Shown piece by piece: positions 61,191-64,000 of a stretch of 64,000 nt of DNA (within the stretch, counting starts at the first letter, position 1; the number at the start of each line of letters is the position of its first letter). The position numbers were made by a program, and so were the translations under genes. The stretch spans positions 436,751-500,750 of the forward strand of contig OZ316898.1 in assembly GCA_973895155.1 (NCBI GenBank), read 5' to 3'. The notes under the pieces are model-generated. The model made no database searches. It saw nothing but the letters and a program-made list of their open reading frames with translations, and had not been told where the DNA came from. Origin of the DNA: Marsupella aquatica (taxonomy: Eukaryota > Plantae > Marchantiophyta).

Positions 61191-62798
61191 CTTTTCCTAC
61201 TTATCTCCCACTGAAACCTTTTTTGCTAAACACTTACAAGCATTTTAAGCAAATCAAAACATTGAGAATGAGTCTAACATCGGCAGATTTTCTAATTACC
61301 AACAAGATTATGGGCCTCAACCCATTTGGTTTTCATGAGTTTGATAAATGGGTTAATGACCATTTGGGCTCAAACTTCTAAGTGACCTACTGTAAAATGT
61401 TGCTCAGAGGAATGTTGAAAACTGGAGCTGATGCTCCCCGTATTGGAATATTTGGGTTGGGTTCATAATTAGACAATGATTTGGAGACGAGTTGGAGATA
61501 AACACTGGAATAAATAATGAATTGCAACATGGAAATGATCCAAGATCAAAGTTGATCTAGGCAATTAGCTTCAATGATCATAAAGGTACAAGCAATTCAA
61601 AATATCGGGAAGCAAGATGAACACCAATATGGAGATCCAAATCCCTTCATCTTCCAAGGTGTTCCATGATCCACATCCTTTATTCACGTAATCATAGGTG
61701 GTCAGATAGGACTCATGACACATGGCACATTTACCTTTGATAATGGGTTTGATACAACACTTGAAATATTTCCAAGTTCTTATCTCTCATGGAATCTAGG
61801 ATAGCATAGGGAGACGGGTCCAGAAGCTAATTTAGGTTATTAGTTAAATGCTGAGCCCACGAGCTTCCACGAGCTTCCATGAGAGACAAGAACTTGATAA
61901 AAGTCCCAAAGATTGACTCCCGCAACTTTTATGGGAGTTCTCATAACTCTTGGATTATGAAAAAACATCATTCTGGTTTGGCCTAGTTTTGAGACGCCCT
62001 ATTGGGAACATCTCCACAGGAAACTCTGCAAAGAAACCAAGAGACAACATAGGCGGTGTTGAGCAAATTTCACTATGTTATCTTAACTAGGGCTACACAG
62101 GTAACTCTATAAAACTAAGAATAAATGACTAACATATACATGTCATGGTAAAAACTTGTCGTGTACTACAGTACTAGGGAAGCCCTTTGGTAGACGGGCA
62201 TTGATGCCAGGTGGGCGGAGTGCGCGGAAGAGCTGGACGAGAGTCCGCTGACTAAGGCAGTCAAGCGTGTATAGAGTGCTATGGAATGGACTCTGAGGGG
62301 AGAAGAGGGTCATGGGAGCTGACACAATGACCTTGCGGGGGAGGGGGAAGAGAGGGAGAGAGGACGAAGAAGAGTGGTGAGAGACCGAGAGAAGAAGAGA
62401 GCAGAGAAACTCAGGCGAGGCGTTCTTCCCTTGCTGCTGCGGGTTCGTCGCGTGGTGGTGGTGGTGGTGGACTGGTGTGTTGGTTTCGGAGGGATCGGAC
62501 GAGACGGAGCACGCGGAAAGCAGCGAAAGGGACAACTGAGATCGTAGGCAAGTGTTGGCGAGTCGGGGGAGCGATTTTGATGGTGTGAAGGAAGGGGATC
62601 GGCAGGTAATGAACCATCGAGCGAGAGAAGGCAAAAATTAGTAGAGGTCGACGAGGAAGAGCAACAGGGCGAGAGGATTGCGGGAGCTTGTGTGTTTCTT
62701 ACGGGGGAAAGTGGGACTAGGATCAGGAGTAGGGGGAGGACGAGCGGGGAAGAGGAGAGGGTAGGGTTGAAGACAACAAGAGAAGGAGGGCAGGAGCC

Positions 62799-63051
62799 AT
62801 GCCGTCCTATGCAGATGTGGACAGGCAGATAGAGCAGCTTTCGGAGTGCAAGCCGTTGTCGGAGGTCGAAGTGAAGAACCTCTGTGAGCAGGCGCGGACC
62901 ATTCTTGTGGAGGAGTGGAATGTACAACCTGTGAAGTGCCCTGTGACCGTGTGCGGGGATATCCATGGCCAGTTTCATGATCTGATAGAGCTGTTTCGGA
63001 TTGGAGGCAAAGCTCCCGACACGAACTACCTCTTTATGGGAGACTATGTTG
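62799..63051 (+). CDS. PP2Ac: Ser/Thr protein phosphatase 2A catalytic subunit, exon 1 (gene continues beyond the window)
   Basis: [26 protein letters not shown]...[25 protein letters not shown]...[12 protein letters not shown]. Phase-1 GT donor (gtaagt) at 63052. Confidence 0.96.
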
Positions 63052-64000
63052 GTAAGTTCCGATCCTCTCTTCCTTATTCAAGGGTCTCGCGGGTTCTGAT
63101 CGGTCTTCTTTCTCAAGTTGAGAAATAGTTTGTTATTTGTCTTGCTTTCTGCGCTTCTTCCCTCTCAATTTGTTCTCGGGCGCTTGTCATCTAGGTTTGG
63201 CGCGCTTTCGTTTTTGTGCGATCGTTTGACTAGCTGTTTCTCGTTCATTGGTGGTTATTACTTCCATTGTGTATATTCTTCGGCTACTGTTTTCGGTATC
63301 AAGGCGGCGACCGCAATCGCTGTAGATCAGTGCGATTAGCTAGCTAATCGTCCTCTTCTGTGTGGCCTCTCCAAGCGATCTAAAGTACTTATGTCGTAGC
63401 CGGCATGTGAAGGTGGAGCGGCTGCCTTACTTGCTTCTCCACTATTCTATCTTGCTGACTTCGTGCAGCTTTCATCCTCTCGGAAGGACACTGTACCTGT
63501 TATCCCTTTCTGACTTGATGAACTCTCCTTTAACAAGGCCCTAGTTTCTTTGATATAAACGCATACGCATAAAAACCGATACATCCGTTTCCTTCTTGTC
63601 TCTGACCTATTTTTAGCTCTGCTGGCAGTGTGTCACTGAGCTATGTCCATTTCTCCCGTCATTCTGTCTGAGTCAGAAATTGCACGTCCCTATCGTCTTC
63701 CTTCGTTTTGTTGTGCTGTCCACTGTTTTTGTGCTTTTTTGGCATCGTCCTTTAAATTCTCTTTACCCCGCGAGCAATGTCTGTTCGGGCCTGACAGTAT
63801 CTGATGCTTTGGCGCATGAACTTCGTTAATGAGTCTTGTCCACAGGGTTCGAGCCCTCTCCTACCTTTGAATAGCGACAACTTCCTTCTTCCGGGTCTTG
63901 CTGCCCTCTTGCTGCCCCCATTATAAACTTTCTCGGGGAAGGATCTTAGGTCTGAAAATGCCATGCCTCAGGGGATTGCCTAGCACGAACTGCCATGTTG

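Noticed and set aside
62143-62978. Minus-strand 163-aa and 222-aa ORFs
   Set aside because: Antisense to the purine-rich PP2A 5' leader and exon 1, with low-complexity translations.

Overview
Eukaryotic land-plant genomic DNA with GT-AG introns. The gene and TE content looks bryophyte/liverwort-like, but the species cannot be determined from sequence alone. There are four host genes, all on +: a 3-exon nucleotide-sugar transporter (13765-15428), intronless SEC62 (22307-23362), an intronless TAP-like ABCB half-transporter (50951-53656) and exon 1 of a PP2A catalytic subunit (62799-63051). Most of the rest is nested, decayed transposon sequence, and several boundaries can be fixed exactly from target-site duplications (TSDs). 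Two candidate systems stand out. (1) Two divergent TE-associated pseudogenes pair an N-terminal ParB-like domain with a C-terminal beta-class N4C/N6A DNA-methyltransferase-like domain. The first has spliceosomal introns, sits head-to-head with a WRKY/GCM-type zinc-finger transposase-like ORF missing from the ORF track, and is flanked by repeated 18-bp palindromes. The second is followed by an Ulp1 protease. (2) Two nested 4.1 and 4.7 kb TG...CA elements with 5-bp TSDs look like giant solo LTRs, each carrying a homologous PMD-like gene inside. A third family of 1.5-kb solo LTRs has non-canonical AGT...ACT ends. No rRNA, tRNA or CRISPR array was seen.
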